Source: Eledone cirrhosa
Lineage: Eukaryota
Direction: 5' to 3'
Assembly (NCBI GenBank): GCA_964016885.1
Contig: OZ024742.1
Span: 186,248,001-186,312,000, forward strand
DNA length: 64,000 nucleotides
A program made the translations under genes and the position numbers. This document shows positions 7,439-18,500 of this stretch, piece after piece. Position 1 is the stretch's first letter. Each line of letters opens with the position of its first letter. The notes under the pieces are model-generated. The model searched no databases. It was not told the origin of the DNA and saw nothing but the letters and a program-made list of their open reading frames with translations.

Positions 7439-10362
7439 ACACGCATCTGGAATTCTGTGATGCAAATAACCTAACTATCTGTAACACTAACTTCAAAAAA
7501 CGTGACAATCACCTGATCACCTATAGATCCGGGGAACACACAAGCCAGGTAGATTATATCCTTACCAGAAGAAGTGACAGAGTGTCTGTTGTAAACACTA
7601 AATCCCTCCCCCGTGAAGAATGCACCTCCCAACATAGACTGATAATTAGCGACCTCATAGTCAGGACGAGACGTACTCGACAACAGAAGAGGACTATCCT
7701 CAGGAGGAAAATATGGAAGCTAAAGGACCCCACAGCCAGGAATAAATTTCAAAGCATATTACTTGATGCTTTCGACAGTAAGGAAGAACATTTAGAGTCG
7801 GACAATATAGAGGGAGAGTGGGAATTTCTGAAAGCAAACCTGCTGTTGGCGACAGACGAAGTCTGTGGCTGGAGCAGGCCTGTAGGCAGGAGGAGAGTAA
7901 CATGGTGGTGGAACAGTAAGGTGGAGGGGTCAATTAAGGCCAAAAAGCAGGCTTGGAAAGTATGGCGGGATGGGGGAAGTAGAGAGGACTATCAAGTGGC
8001 CAGGAGGGAAGCTAGGAGACAAGTGTACTTAGCAAGAAGGGAAGCTGAGGAAAGAAAGTTCAAGCATGTTCTACAACGCGATGACCAAAAACGTGAGGTG
8101 TTCAGGATTGCTAGGCAATGCGTCAAGGAAAACCGTGATATTGTCGGGGAGAAGTGTGTACTAAACGACGATGGCACACTTGCCATCACCGACGCTGATA
8201 AGAAGGTAGCTTGGAAGTGTCACTATGAAAGGCTACTAAATGAGGAGAATAATTGGGAGAAAGGCAGTCTCCCCCATATCGACCCAATAGAGGGACCAGC
8301 AGTGTTAGTCGAGGGGAGTATAATAAGTAAGGCAATCAAGGATATGAAGACGGGTAAGGCGGCTGGGCCTTCGGAAATAGTTGCTGAGATGCTGAAGGCA
8401 TCTGGCACGGTGGGACACACCATGGTCACCCGCATAGTTAACCAAGTCGTACAGAATGGGGTTGTTCCGAAGGACTGGCATAGCAGCATCATCGTTAACT
8501 GTTATAAGGGTAAAGGAGACGCCCTAGATAGGAGTAACTATAGAGGCATTAAATTAATCGACCAGGTCATGAAGGTCACGGAAAAAGTAATAGCGCAACT
8601 AATCAGAGAGAGAATTGACCTAGATGAAATGCAGTTCGGGTTTGTGTCAGGCAAAAGTACCACAGACGCTCTTTTCATAGTACGACAACTACAGGAGAAG
8701 TACCTAGCTAAAGGTAAACCCCTCTACTTAGCTTTTGTTGACTTGGAGAAAGCCTTCGACAGAGTCCCCCGCTCCATTATCTGGTGGGCTCTTAGAAAAC
8801 TAGGCGTTGACGAATGGCTTGTGAGGGCTATACAAGCCATGTATAAAGAAACAGTCAGCAAGGTTAGAATTAACAACGAATATAGTGAAGAGTTTAGCGT
8901 AAAAGTTGGCGTCCATCAGGGCTCTGTTCTCAGCCCACTACTATTTATTATTGCCCTTCAGGCTATAACAGAGGAGTTCAAGACAGGCTGCCCATGGGAA
9001 CTCCTATACGCAGACGACCTGACACTCATAGCGGAATCAATGGCCGAGCTAGAGAAGAAATTCCAAACATGGAAGCACGGCCTAGAGTCAAAAGGACTTA
9101 AAATTAACCTGGCTAAGACCAAAGTACTAGTTTGTAGGAAAGAAAACAATGCGGCGGTCCCTTCTGGGAAATGGTCGTGCTCGGTGTGTAGGAAAGGCGT
9201 AGGTAGAAACTCCATTTTATGTCCTAAATGCAAAGTATGGGTGCATAAAAGATGTAGTGGGATCACAGGTAAGCTAACTAAGAACATAGATTTTACATGT
9301 GGCCGGTGCTCTGGTGCAATAAGTAGCAGCAAGTGCCCACAAACTACTAGCTCTTTCAATTGCGCAGAGGGTTCTATAGAAATAGTGGACAGCTTCCGTT
9401 ACCTGGGCGATAAAATCAGCAGTGGGGGAGGGTGCTCTGAAAGTACTGTAGCTAGAGTCAGAACTGGTTGGAAAAAGTTCAGAGAGCTTATACCACTATT
9501 AGCTGCTAAAGGGTTCTCACTAAAAATGAAAGGCAGGTTGTACGATGCCTGCATACGAACAGCAATGCTGCATGGCAGTGAGACCTGGGCATTGTGTGCA
9601 GAGGATATACGCAGACTAGAGAGGAACGAAGCTTGCATGCTCCGCTGGATGTGTAACAGTAATATACGTGAACGGCAAAGCATAAACGAACTAAGGAAAA
9701 AATTAGAGATAAGAGGGATCAGATGTTGTTTACTCGAGAGAAGGCTACGTTGGTATGGACACGTGATGCGCATGAAAGTCGATAGCTGTATAACAAAGTG
9801 CAGGGCAATAAAGATAGACGGTAGTCACAGAATAGGCAGACCTAGAAAAACCTGGGACGAGCTGATAAACTCCGACATCACACACTTACACCTCTCCAAG
9901 ACAATGTCACTGGACCGAGACCTTTGGCGGTACTCAGTAACAGAGAAGACCCGCCTTACCTAAATATATAGTAAAACCTACTCCAGCCAGTAGGCATCTC
10001 TAACAAATTACACCCCGTCCCACCACCCCCACCCCCACCCCATCCACACCACCCCGTTCTATGTAAAGTTATGTTGGTGCCGCGCCATCGAGGCCGAAAC
10101 AAATGAGATCGTGTAGGTGTCACGACAAAAAAATACACAGTCCACGCTGTAATGTGGCCGTGTAGGCAACACGGTAAAAACCTCCCAGACCCACACTGTA
10201 AATGTGGTTGGTGTTAGGAAGGGCATCCAACTGTAGAAAACCTGCCAGACAGTCCTATGCGAGCAAGACAATCACTCTTGCCTCAAGTGGGACTACCCCC
10301 GTCCAAACCCATGCAAGCGTGGAACACGGACGTTAAACGTTGATGATGATGATGATGATGAT
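7439..10362 (+). mobile_element. RTE-clade LINE, 5'-truncated, with 3'UTR and (GAT)n tail
   Basis: One long uninterrupted ORF, a 3'UTR of about 400 bp, and the terminal CCCATGCAAGCGTGGAACACGGACGTTAAACGT(TGA)n. No TSD found. Confidence 0.9.
7582..9963 (+). CDS. RTE polyprotein: C-terminal part of APE endonuclease, reverse transcriptase, PHD-type finger (5'-truncated; frame open upstream to about 7441)
   Basis: In-frame upstream LEFCDANNLTICNTNFKK..ITYRSG..SQVDYIL and TSQHRLI (APE). RT motifs NYRGIKL, QFGF, FVDLEKAFDRV, GVHQGSVLSPLLF, LLYADD (YADD 9007-9018) and FRYLG. RTE C-terminus RLRWYGHV..GRPRKTW. The listed start is an internal GTG. Confidence 0.92.
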   Translation: MSVVNTKSLPREECTSQHRLIISDLIVRTRRTRQQKRTILRRKIWKLKDPTARNKFQSILLDAFDSKEEHLESDNIEGEWEFLKANLLLATDEVCGWSRPVGRRRVTWWWNSKVEGSIKAKKQAWKVWRDGGSREDYQVARREARRQVYLARREAEERKFKHVLQRDDQKREVFRIARQCVKENRDIVGEKCVLNDDGTLAITDADKKVAWKCHYERLLNEENNWEKGSLPHIDPIEGPAVLVEGSIISKAIKDMKTGKAAGPSEIVAEMLKASGTVGHTMVTRIVNQVVQNGVVPKDWHSSIIVNCYKGKGDALDRSNYRGIKLIDQVMKVTEKVIAQLIRERIDLDEMQFGFVSGKSTTDALFIVRQLQEKYLAKGKPLYLAFVDLEKAFDRVPRSIIWWALRKLGVDEWLVRAIQAMYKETVSKVRINNEYSEEFSVKVGVHQGSVLSPLLFIIALQAITEEFKTGCPWELLYADDLTLIAESMAELEKKFQTWKHGLESKGLKINLAKTKVLVCRKENNAAVPSGKWSCSVCRKGVGRNSILCPKCKVWVHKRCSGITGKLTKNIDFTCGRCSGAISSSKCPQTTSSFNCAEGSIEIVDSFRYLGDKISSGGGCSESTVARVRTGWKKFRELIPLLAAKGFSLKMKGRLYDACIRTAMLHGSETWALCAEDIRRLERNEACMLRWMCNSNIRERQSINELRKKLEIRGIRCCLLERRLRWYGHVMRMKVDSCITKCRAIKIDGSHRIGRPRKTWDELINSDITHLHLSKTMSLDRDLWRYSVTEKTRLT

Positions 10363-10488
10363 ATCATCATGTCTGGGAGATCAGTGGCTCTGCTTTAGAA
10401 CTGACTTGGTTTATATGGAGCTATCTAACTGTTGTTAGCAGGGAAATCAAATGTGATGATAATGATGATTATTATTAAATATATATAT

Positions 10489-11214
10489 GCACATTTTTTT
10501 AACTTCCGTTGTCACTCTTGTCTTCATAATAACAGTGACTATATTTCTATTATTTATTTTCAGAATAATTGATTATGAATAATTTTGAACCTCCACATTT
10601 GTGGAAGAGACACGTAGTTCTTCTTGGAATCTGCGCCGGGAGGACAAATAAGACCAGAAGATCAACTCCCAGAACAACAGGTGGCTCGCTGTCTCATCCA
10701 AAGACGTGCCCAGAGTCATGCAGACAAAGTTTCCAGCGACAGCATTGGTCTTAGGTGTCGTCAGCAGTCAAGGTGACATCATGCCACCTCATTTCTTCCC
10801 TGAGGGCCTCAAGCTGAACACCGATGGCTACATCCGCGTTCTGAGCGAGGTAGTAAAGCCCTGAATTGACCAGGTAGCTGCAGGTAAGCCGTACGTGCGG
10901 CAGCAAGACTCAGCGCCCTGCCATACTAGCCAAAAGACCCAAGCCTGGCTGTCAGAGAACTTCATCGACCACACTTCCCCTGACATCTGGCTTCCCAGCT
11001 CGCCTGACTGCAACCCCCTCGACTTCTTCGTGTGGGGCGCAGTGGAACGAGACACCAATAGATCTAGCCAATGGCGGGTTTATCGAGTGAGATCGAAAGA
11101 ACAAGTCATGAAGGCAAACTGACCCAAGTTTGATAAATAAATCTTAAAAAATAAAACTACTGTGTTATTTTCTCCTAGACAGTAATCTTGCGAACAAATA
11201 TCGTCCGCACCCTG
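10489..11214 (+). mobile_element. Tc1/mariner DD37D (maT) transposon remnant, internally deleted
   Basis: N-terminus at 10575, then a jump to DQKINSQNNRW..GVVSSQGDIMPPHFF..KP*..QQDSAPCH..WLPSSPDCNPLDFFVW. There are 37 residues between the 2nd and 3rd Asp. The right end ...GTCCGCACCCTG is followed by TA. No left TIR seen. Confidence 0.85.
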
Positions 11215-11248
<34 letters not shown>

Positions 11249-11251
11249 CTG

Positions 11252-11296
<45 letters not shown>

Positions 11297-11299
11297 TCA

Positions 11300-11413
11300 G
11301 TTCTAAATATGGTCAAAGCAATTGCCCATGATGCCAGGTAGTGAGATGGAACTTGTGGCCTCATGGACGTGAAGTGAACTTCTTAACCATTCAGTCATGT
11401 CTGTATCCAAATT
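11300..11413 (-). mobile_element. Degenerate SINE 5' head (inverted partner of 7325-7438)
   Basis: Reverse complement AATTTGGATACAGACATGACTGAATGGTTAAGAAG...TGCTTTGACCATATTTAGAAC. Confidence 0.6.
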
Positions 11414-11645
11414 CATATCATCTTCATCATAAAAATTGCCTATCCATGCTTGCACCCAGCCATCACTTTCCAACACAGCATCTTTCCACCTATCATATTC
11501 CTTTGTCATCTCCTCAGGTTCAGCCTTCACCAGTTCTGCTCTGGTCTTCCTTGGTCATGCTCTTCCACAGCTCCCTTCTTGGAACTCCTAGCACTTCCTC
11601 ACCACCTAACAGTCACCATCAATACATATCTCATGTCTGTACCAG
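11414..11645 (-). mobile_element. Old RTE 3'-end fragment
   Basis: Minus strand gives WYRH...GSCGRA*PRKTRAELVKA...EMTKEYDRWKDAVLE, then TGCAAGCATGGA and a GAT-rich tail. Confidence 0.7.
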
Positions 11646-11793
11646 TGTAGTCTTTTCTCCATAGTGTGGAAGATAGACGTTAAATGACGATGAAACTATA
11701 TCCGATTCCTCTTATGTTCTGTTTTTTTTCTTCAACTCATCTGTGGTTTATCGTTTATGCAATCTGTTACACATGCATCATTTCTTTCTAACC

Positions 11794-11926
11794 TTCTCAC
11801 ATCCCCTACATTCAAAATACATGTCTCACAACCAGACAACATATACACGTCTCACAACCTCTACATTCAATATACATGTCTTACATCCTCTACATTCAAT
11901 ATACATATCTCACAACCAGACAACCT
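11794..11926. repeat. Short degenerate tandem repeat, about 28-bp units
   Basis: TCTCACA(T/A)CCTCTACATTCAATATACATG-like units interleaved with TCTCACAACCAGACAAC (twice). Confidence 0.65.
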
Positions 11927-12237
11927 TGCATTTCATATGCAGACATCATATATATGTCTACACTATTAGTATAACTACTAAAAAAACAACAAAATTACTC
12001 ATGATTTACAGATTGCAGAAAACAGACTATTAACTGTCAATTTTGAAATATGTCAACTATTAACAAATCAAACACCAAGGAAGCAAGACAACAACAACAA
12101 CAACAACAACAATAGATGATGAAGTAGCAATTTAGGTGGCTTAATTAAGTGTCAATGTATAATAAGTAGTGAACTTTCTATTTTGTTACTATTGATACAT
12201 TAAAAAGATATTCATCTCAACTCCATCATCTACACAA

Positions 12238-12515
12238 ACTCTCGGGTCTTAAATAAGGACCCCCCCCCCCTCACTTATTAATTTTTCAGATTATTTCCAA
12301 CACTAACCACTTATTAAATTTTGCTAATCTATCTCCGGCAAAATGTTATCGATTATACATGACAAAAAAGTACATTACCAGAAGTCCCATACGTTTTACA
12401 ATAATTAGAATGTGTACGGGTACGATATGTAAAATAAACTTCAGGTTTTAAAAAAAATCAAGGGAGACAACCTAAAATATAACTGATTCCCCTCTGTTAT
12501 TTTGGACGTGAGAGT
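12238..12515. mobile_element. Possible MITE with degenerate 19-bp TIRs
   Basis: ACTCTCGGGTCTTAAATAA (12238) versus the reverse complement of 12497-12515, ACTCTCACGTCCAAAATAA: 15/19 identical. The AT-rich interior is non-coding. Confidence 0.4.
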
Positions 12516-12595
12516 ACACTTTGCTCCCACTCTACAACATATACACACATTTGAATTGTCCAAACAAATAGTCATCAATGACATGAATGAATATG

Positions 12596-15500
12596 GTAGA
12601 GCTGGTGTCACAGTAAGTAGTAGTGCTGGTGCCACAGTACAGTAGTAGTGATGGTGCCACAATACAGTAGTAGTGTTGGTGCCACAGTACAGTAGTAGTG
12701 TTGCTGCAACAGTACAGTAGTAGTGTTGGTGTCACAGTACAGTAGTAGTGCTGGTGTCACAGTACAATAGTAGTGCTGGTGTCACAGTACAGTAGTAGTG
12801 CTGGTGTCACAGTAGAGTAGTAGTGTTGGTGTCACAGTACAGTAGTAGTGTTGGTCCCACAGTACAGTAGTAGTGTTGGTCCCACAGTACAGTAGTAGTG
12901 CTGGTGCCACGGTACAGTAGTAGAGCTGGTGTCACAGTACAGTAGTAGAGGTGGTGTCACAGTACAGTAGTAGTGTTGGTGCCACAGTACATTAGTAGTG
13001 TTGGTGTCACAGTACAGTAGTAGTGTTGGTGTCACAGTACAGTAGTAGTGCTGGTGTCACAGTACAGTAGTAGTGCTGGTGCCACAGTACAGTAGTAGTG
13101 CTGGTGCCACAGTACAGTAGCAGTGCTGGTGTCACAGTAGAGTAGTGCTGGTGCCACAGTACAGTAGTAGTGCTGGTGCCACAGTACAGTAGTAGTGCTG
13201 GTGCCACAGTACAGTAGTAGTGTTGGTGTCACAGTACAGTAGTAGTGTTGTTTCCACAGTACAGTAGTAGTGTTGTTTCCACAGTACAGTAGTAGTGTTG
13301 GTGCCACAGTACATTAGTAGTGCTGGTGCCACAGTACAGTAGTAGTGCTGGTGTCACAGTAAAGTAAGTAGTAGTGCTGGTGTCACAGTACAGTAGTAGT
13401 GCTGGTGCCACAGTTAAGTAGCAGTGCTGGTGTCACAGTACAGTAGTGCTGGTGTCACAGCACAGTAGTAGTGTTGGTGTCACAGTACAGTAGTAGTGCT
13501 GGTGCCACAATAAAGTAGTAGTGTTGGTGCCACAGTACAGTAGTAGTGTTGGTGCCACAGTACAGTAGTAGTGTTGGTGCCACGATACAGTAGTAGTGTT
13601 GGTGTCACAGTACAGTAGTAGTGCTGGTGCCACAGTACAGTAGCAGTGTTGGTGCCACAGTACAGTAGTAGTGCTGGTGCCACAGTACAGTAGTAGTGCT
13701 GGTGCCACAGTACAGTAGCAGTGCTGGTGTCACAGTAGAGTAGTGATGGTGCCACAGTACAGTAGTAGTGCTGGTGCCACAGTACAGTAGTAGTGTTGGT
13801 GTCACAGTACAGTAGTAGTGTTGTTTCCACAGTACAGTAGTAGTGTTGTTTCCACAGTACAGTAGTAGTGTTGGTGCCACAGTACATTAGTAGTGCTGGT
13901 GCCACAGTACAGTAGTAGTGCTGGTGTCACAGTAAAGTAAGTAGTAGTACTGGTGTCACAGTACAGTAGTAGTGCTGGTGCCACAGTTAAGTAGCAGTGC
14001 TGGTGTCACAGTACAGTAGTGCTGGTGTCACAGCACAGTAGTAGTGTTGGTGCCACAGTACAGTAGTAGTGTTGGTGCCACAGTACAGTAGTAGTGTTGG
14101 TGCCACAGTACAGTAGTAGTGTTGGTGTAACAGTACAGTAGTAGTGCTGGTGCCACAGTACAGTAGCAGTGTTGGTGCCACAGTACAGTAGTAGTGCTGG
14201 TGCCACAGTACAGTAGTAGTGTTGGTTCCACAGTACAGTAGTAGTGCTGGTGCCACAGTAGAGTAGTAGTGCTGTTCCACAGTACAGTAGTAGTGCTGGT
14301 GTCACAGTACAGTAGTAGTGCTGGTGTCACAGTACAGTAGTAGTGTTGGTGCCACAGTACAGTAGTAGTGTTGGTGTCACGGTACAGTAGTAGTATTGGT
14401 GCAACAGCACAGTACAGTAGTAGTGCTGGTGTCACAGTACAGTAGTAGTGTTGGTGCCACAGTACAGTAGTAGTGTTGGTGTCACAGTACAGTAGTAGTG
14501 TTGGTGCCACAGTACAGTAGTAGTGCTGGTGTCACAGTACAGTAGTAGTGCTGGTGTCACAGTACAGTAGTAGTGCTGGTTTCACAGTACAGTAGCAGTG
14601 TTGGTGCCACAGTACAGTAGTAGTGCTGGTGTCACAGTACAGTAGTAGTGTTGGTTCCACAGTACAGTAGTAGTGCTGGTGCCACAGTACAGTAGTAGTG
14701 TTGTTACCATAGTACAGTAGTAGTGCTGGTGTCAAAGTACAGTAGTAGTGTTGTTACCATAGTACAGTAGTAGTGCTGGTGCAACAGTACAGTAGTAGTG
14801 CTGGTGTCACAGTACAGTAGTAGTGCTGGTGTCACAGTACAGTAGTAGTGCTGGTGCCACAGTACAGTAGTGCTGGTGCCACAGTACAGTAGTAGTGTTG
14901 GTGTCACAGTACATTAGTAGTGTTGTTGCCACAGTACAGTAGTAGTGTTGGTGCCACAGTACAGTAGTAGTGTTGGTGCCATAGTACAGTAGTAGTGCTG
15001 GTGCCACAGTACAGTAGTAGTGTTGGTGTCACAGTACAGTAGTAGTGCTGGTGCCACAGTACAGTAGCAGTGCTGGTGTCACAGTAGAGTAGTGCTGGTG
15101 CCACAGTACAGTAGTAGTGCTGGTGCCACAGTACAGTAGTAGTGTTGGTGTCACAGTACAGTAGTAGTGTTGTTTCCACAGTACAGTAGTAGTGTTGGTG
15201 CCACAGTACAGTAGTAGTGTTGGTTCCACGGTACAGTAGTAGAGCTGGTGTCACAGTACACTAGTAGTGCTGGTCCCACAGTACAGTAGTAGTGTTGGTC
15301 CCACAGTACAGTAGCAGTGCTGGTGTCACAGTACAGTAGTAGTGCTGGTGCCACAGTACAGTAGTAGTGCTGGTGTCACAGTACAGTAGTAGTGCTGGTG
15401 CCACAGTACAGTAGTAGTGTTGGTGTCACAGTACATTAGTAGTGTTGTTGCCACAGTACAGTAGTAGTGTTGGTGCCACAGTACAGTAGTAGTGTTGGTG

Positions 15501-18500
15501 CCATAGTACAGTAGTAGTGCTGGTGCCACAGTACAGTAGTAGTGTTGGTGTCACAGTACAGTAGTAGTGCTGGTGCCACAGTACAGTAGCAGTGCTGGTG
15601 TCACAGTAGAGTAGTGCTGGTGCCACAGTACAGTAGTAGTGCTGGTGCCACAGTACAGTAGTGCTGGTGCCACAGTACAGTAGTAGTGTTGGTGTCACAG
15701 TACAGTAGTAGTGTTGTTTCCACAGTACAGTAGTAGTGTTGGTGCCACAGTACAGTAGTAGTGTTGGTTCCACGGTACAGTAGTAGAGCTGGTGTCACAG
15801 TACACTAGTAGTGCTGGTCCCACAGTACAGTAGTAGTGTTGGTCCCACAGTACAGTAGCAGTGCTGGTGTCACAGTACAGTAGTAGTGCTGGTGACACAG
15901 TACAGTAGTAGTGCTGGTGTCACAGTACAGTAGTAGTGCTGGTGCCACAGTACAGTAGTAGTGTTGGTGCCACAGTACAGTAGTAGTGTTGGTGCCACAG
16001 TACAGTAGTAGTGCTGTTCCACAGTACAGTAGTAGTGCTGGTGTCACAGTACAGTAGTAGTGCTGGTGTCGCAGTACAGTAGTAGTGTTGGTGCCACAGT
16101 ACAGTAGTAGTGTTGGTGTCACGGTACAGTAGTAGTGTTGGTGCAACAGCACAGTACAGTAGTAGTGTTGTTGCCACAGTACAGTAGTAGTGTTGGTGTC
16201 ACAGTACAGTAGTAGAGTTGGTGTCACAGTACAGGAGTAGTGCTGGTGCCACAGTACAGTAGTAGTGCTGGTGTCACAGTACAGTAGTAGTGCTGGTCCC
16301 ACAGTACAGTAGTAGTGTTGGTGCCACAGTGCAGTAGTAGTGTTGGTCCCACAGTACAGTAGTAGAGCTGGTGTCACAGTACAGTAGTAGTGCTGTTGTC
16401 ACAGTACAGTAGTAGTGTTGGTTCCACAGTGCAGTAGTAGTGTTGGTCCCACAGTACAGTAGTAGAGCTGGTGTCACAGTACAGTAGTAGTGCTGGTGCC
16501 ACAGTACAGCAGTAGTGTTGGAGCCACAGTACAGTAGTAGTGTTGGAGCCACAGTACAGTAGTAGTGTTGGTGTCACAGTAGAGTAGTAGTGTTGGTGTC
16601 ACAGTACAGTAGTAGTGCTGGTGTCACAGTACAGTAGTAGTGCTGGTGTCACAGTACAGTAGTAGTGCTGATGTCACAGTACAGTAGTAGGGATGGTGTC
16701 ACAGTACAGTAGTAGTGTTGGTCCCACAGTAGAGTAGTAGTGTTGGTGTCACAGTACAGTAGAAGTGTTGGTGCCACAGTACAGTAGTAGTGTTGGTGTC
16801 ACAGTAAGTAGTAGTGTTGGTGTCACAGTACAGTAGTAGTGCTGGTGTAACAGTACAGTAGTAGTGCTGGTGCCACAGTACAGTAGTAGTGCTGGTGCCA
16901 CAGTACAGTAGTAGTGTTGGTGTCACAGTACAGTAGTAGTGCTCGTGTCACAGTAGAGTAGTAGTGCTGGTGCCACAGTACAGTAGTAGTGCCGGTGTCA
17001 CAGTACAGTAGTAGTGCTGGTGCCACAGTACAGTAGCAGTGCTGGTGTCACAGTACAGTAGTAGTGCTGGTGCCACAGTACAGTAGTAGTGCTGGTGTCA
17101 CAGTACAGTAGTAGTGTTGGTGTCACAGTACAGTAGTAGTGTTGGTGCCACAGTACAGTAGTAGTGCTGGTGTCACAGTAGAGTAGTAGTGCTGGTTCCA
17201 CAGTACAGTAGTAGTGCCGGTGTCACAGTACAGTAGTAGTGCTGGTGCCACAGTACAGTAGCAGTGCTCGTGTCACAGTAGAGTAGTAGTGCTGGTGCCA
17301 CAGTACAGTAGCAGTGCTGGTGTCACAGTACAGTAGTAGTGCTGGTGCCACAGTACAGTAGTAGTGCTGGTGTCACAGTACAGTAGTAGTGTTGGTGTCA
17401 CAGTACAGTAGTAGTGTTGGTGCCACAGTACAGTAGTAGTGCTGGTGTCACAGTAGAGTAGTAGTGCTGGTGCCACAGTACAGTAGTAGTGCCGGTGTCA
17501 CAGTACAGTAGTAGTGCTGGTGCCACAGTACAGTAGCAGTGCTCGTGTCACAGTAGAGTAGTAGTGCTGGTGCCACAGTACAGTAGTAGTGCCGGTGTCA
17601 CAGTACAGTAGTAGTGCTGGTGCCACAGTACAGTAGCAGTGCTGGTGTCACAGTACAGTAGTAGTGTTGGTGCCACAGTATAGTAGTAGTGTTGGTGTCA
17701 CAGTACAGTAGTAGAGGTGGTGTCACAGTACAGTAGTAGTACTGGTGCCACAGTACATTATTAGTGCTGGTGCCACAGTACAGTAGTAGTGTTGGTGCCA
17801 CAGTACAGTAGTAGTGCTGGTGTCACAGTAAAGTAAGTAGTAGTGCTGGTGTCACAGTACAGTAGTAGTGCTGGTGCCACAGTTAAGTAGCAGTGCTGGT
17901 GTCACAGTACAGTAGTGCTGGTGTCACAGCACAGTAGTAGTGTTGGTGTCACAGTACAGTAGTAGTGCTGGTGCCACAATAAAGTAGTAGTGTTGGTGCC
18001 ACAGTACAGTAGTAGTGCTGGTATCACAGTACAGTAGTAGTGCTGGTGCCAAAGTACAGTAGCAGTGTTGGTGCCACAGTACAGTAGTAGTGCTGGTGTC
18101 ACAGTACAGTAGTAGTGTTGGTGCCACAGTACAGTAGTAGTGCTGGTGCCACAGTACAGTAGTACTGTTGTTACCATAGTACAGTAGTAGTGCTGGTGTC
18201 ACAGTACAGTAGTAGTGTTGTTACCATAGTACAGTAGTAGTGCTGGTGTCACAGTACAGTAGTAGTGCTGGTGTCACAGTACAGTAGTAGTGCTGGTGCC
18301 ACAGTACAGTAGTAGTGCTGGTGCCACAGTACAGTAGTTGTGCTGGTGTCACAATACAGTAGTAGTGCTGGTGCCACAGTACAGTAGGAGTGCTGGTGCC
18401 ACAGTACAGTAGTAGTGCTGGTGTCACAGTACAGTAGTAGTGTTGGTGCCACAGTGCAGTAGTAGTGTTGGTCCCACAGTACAGTAGTAGAGCTGGTGCC

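Noticed and set aside
7700-9773. Antisense ORFs within the RTE
   Set aside because: Shadow frames of the RT ORF with no recognisable motifs.
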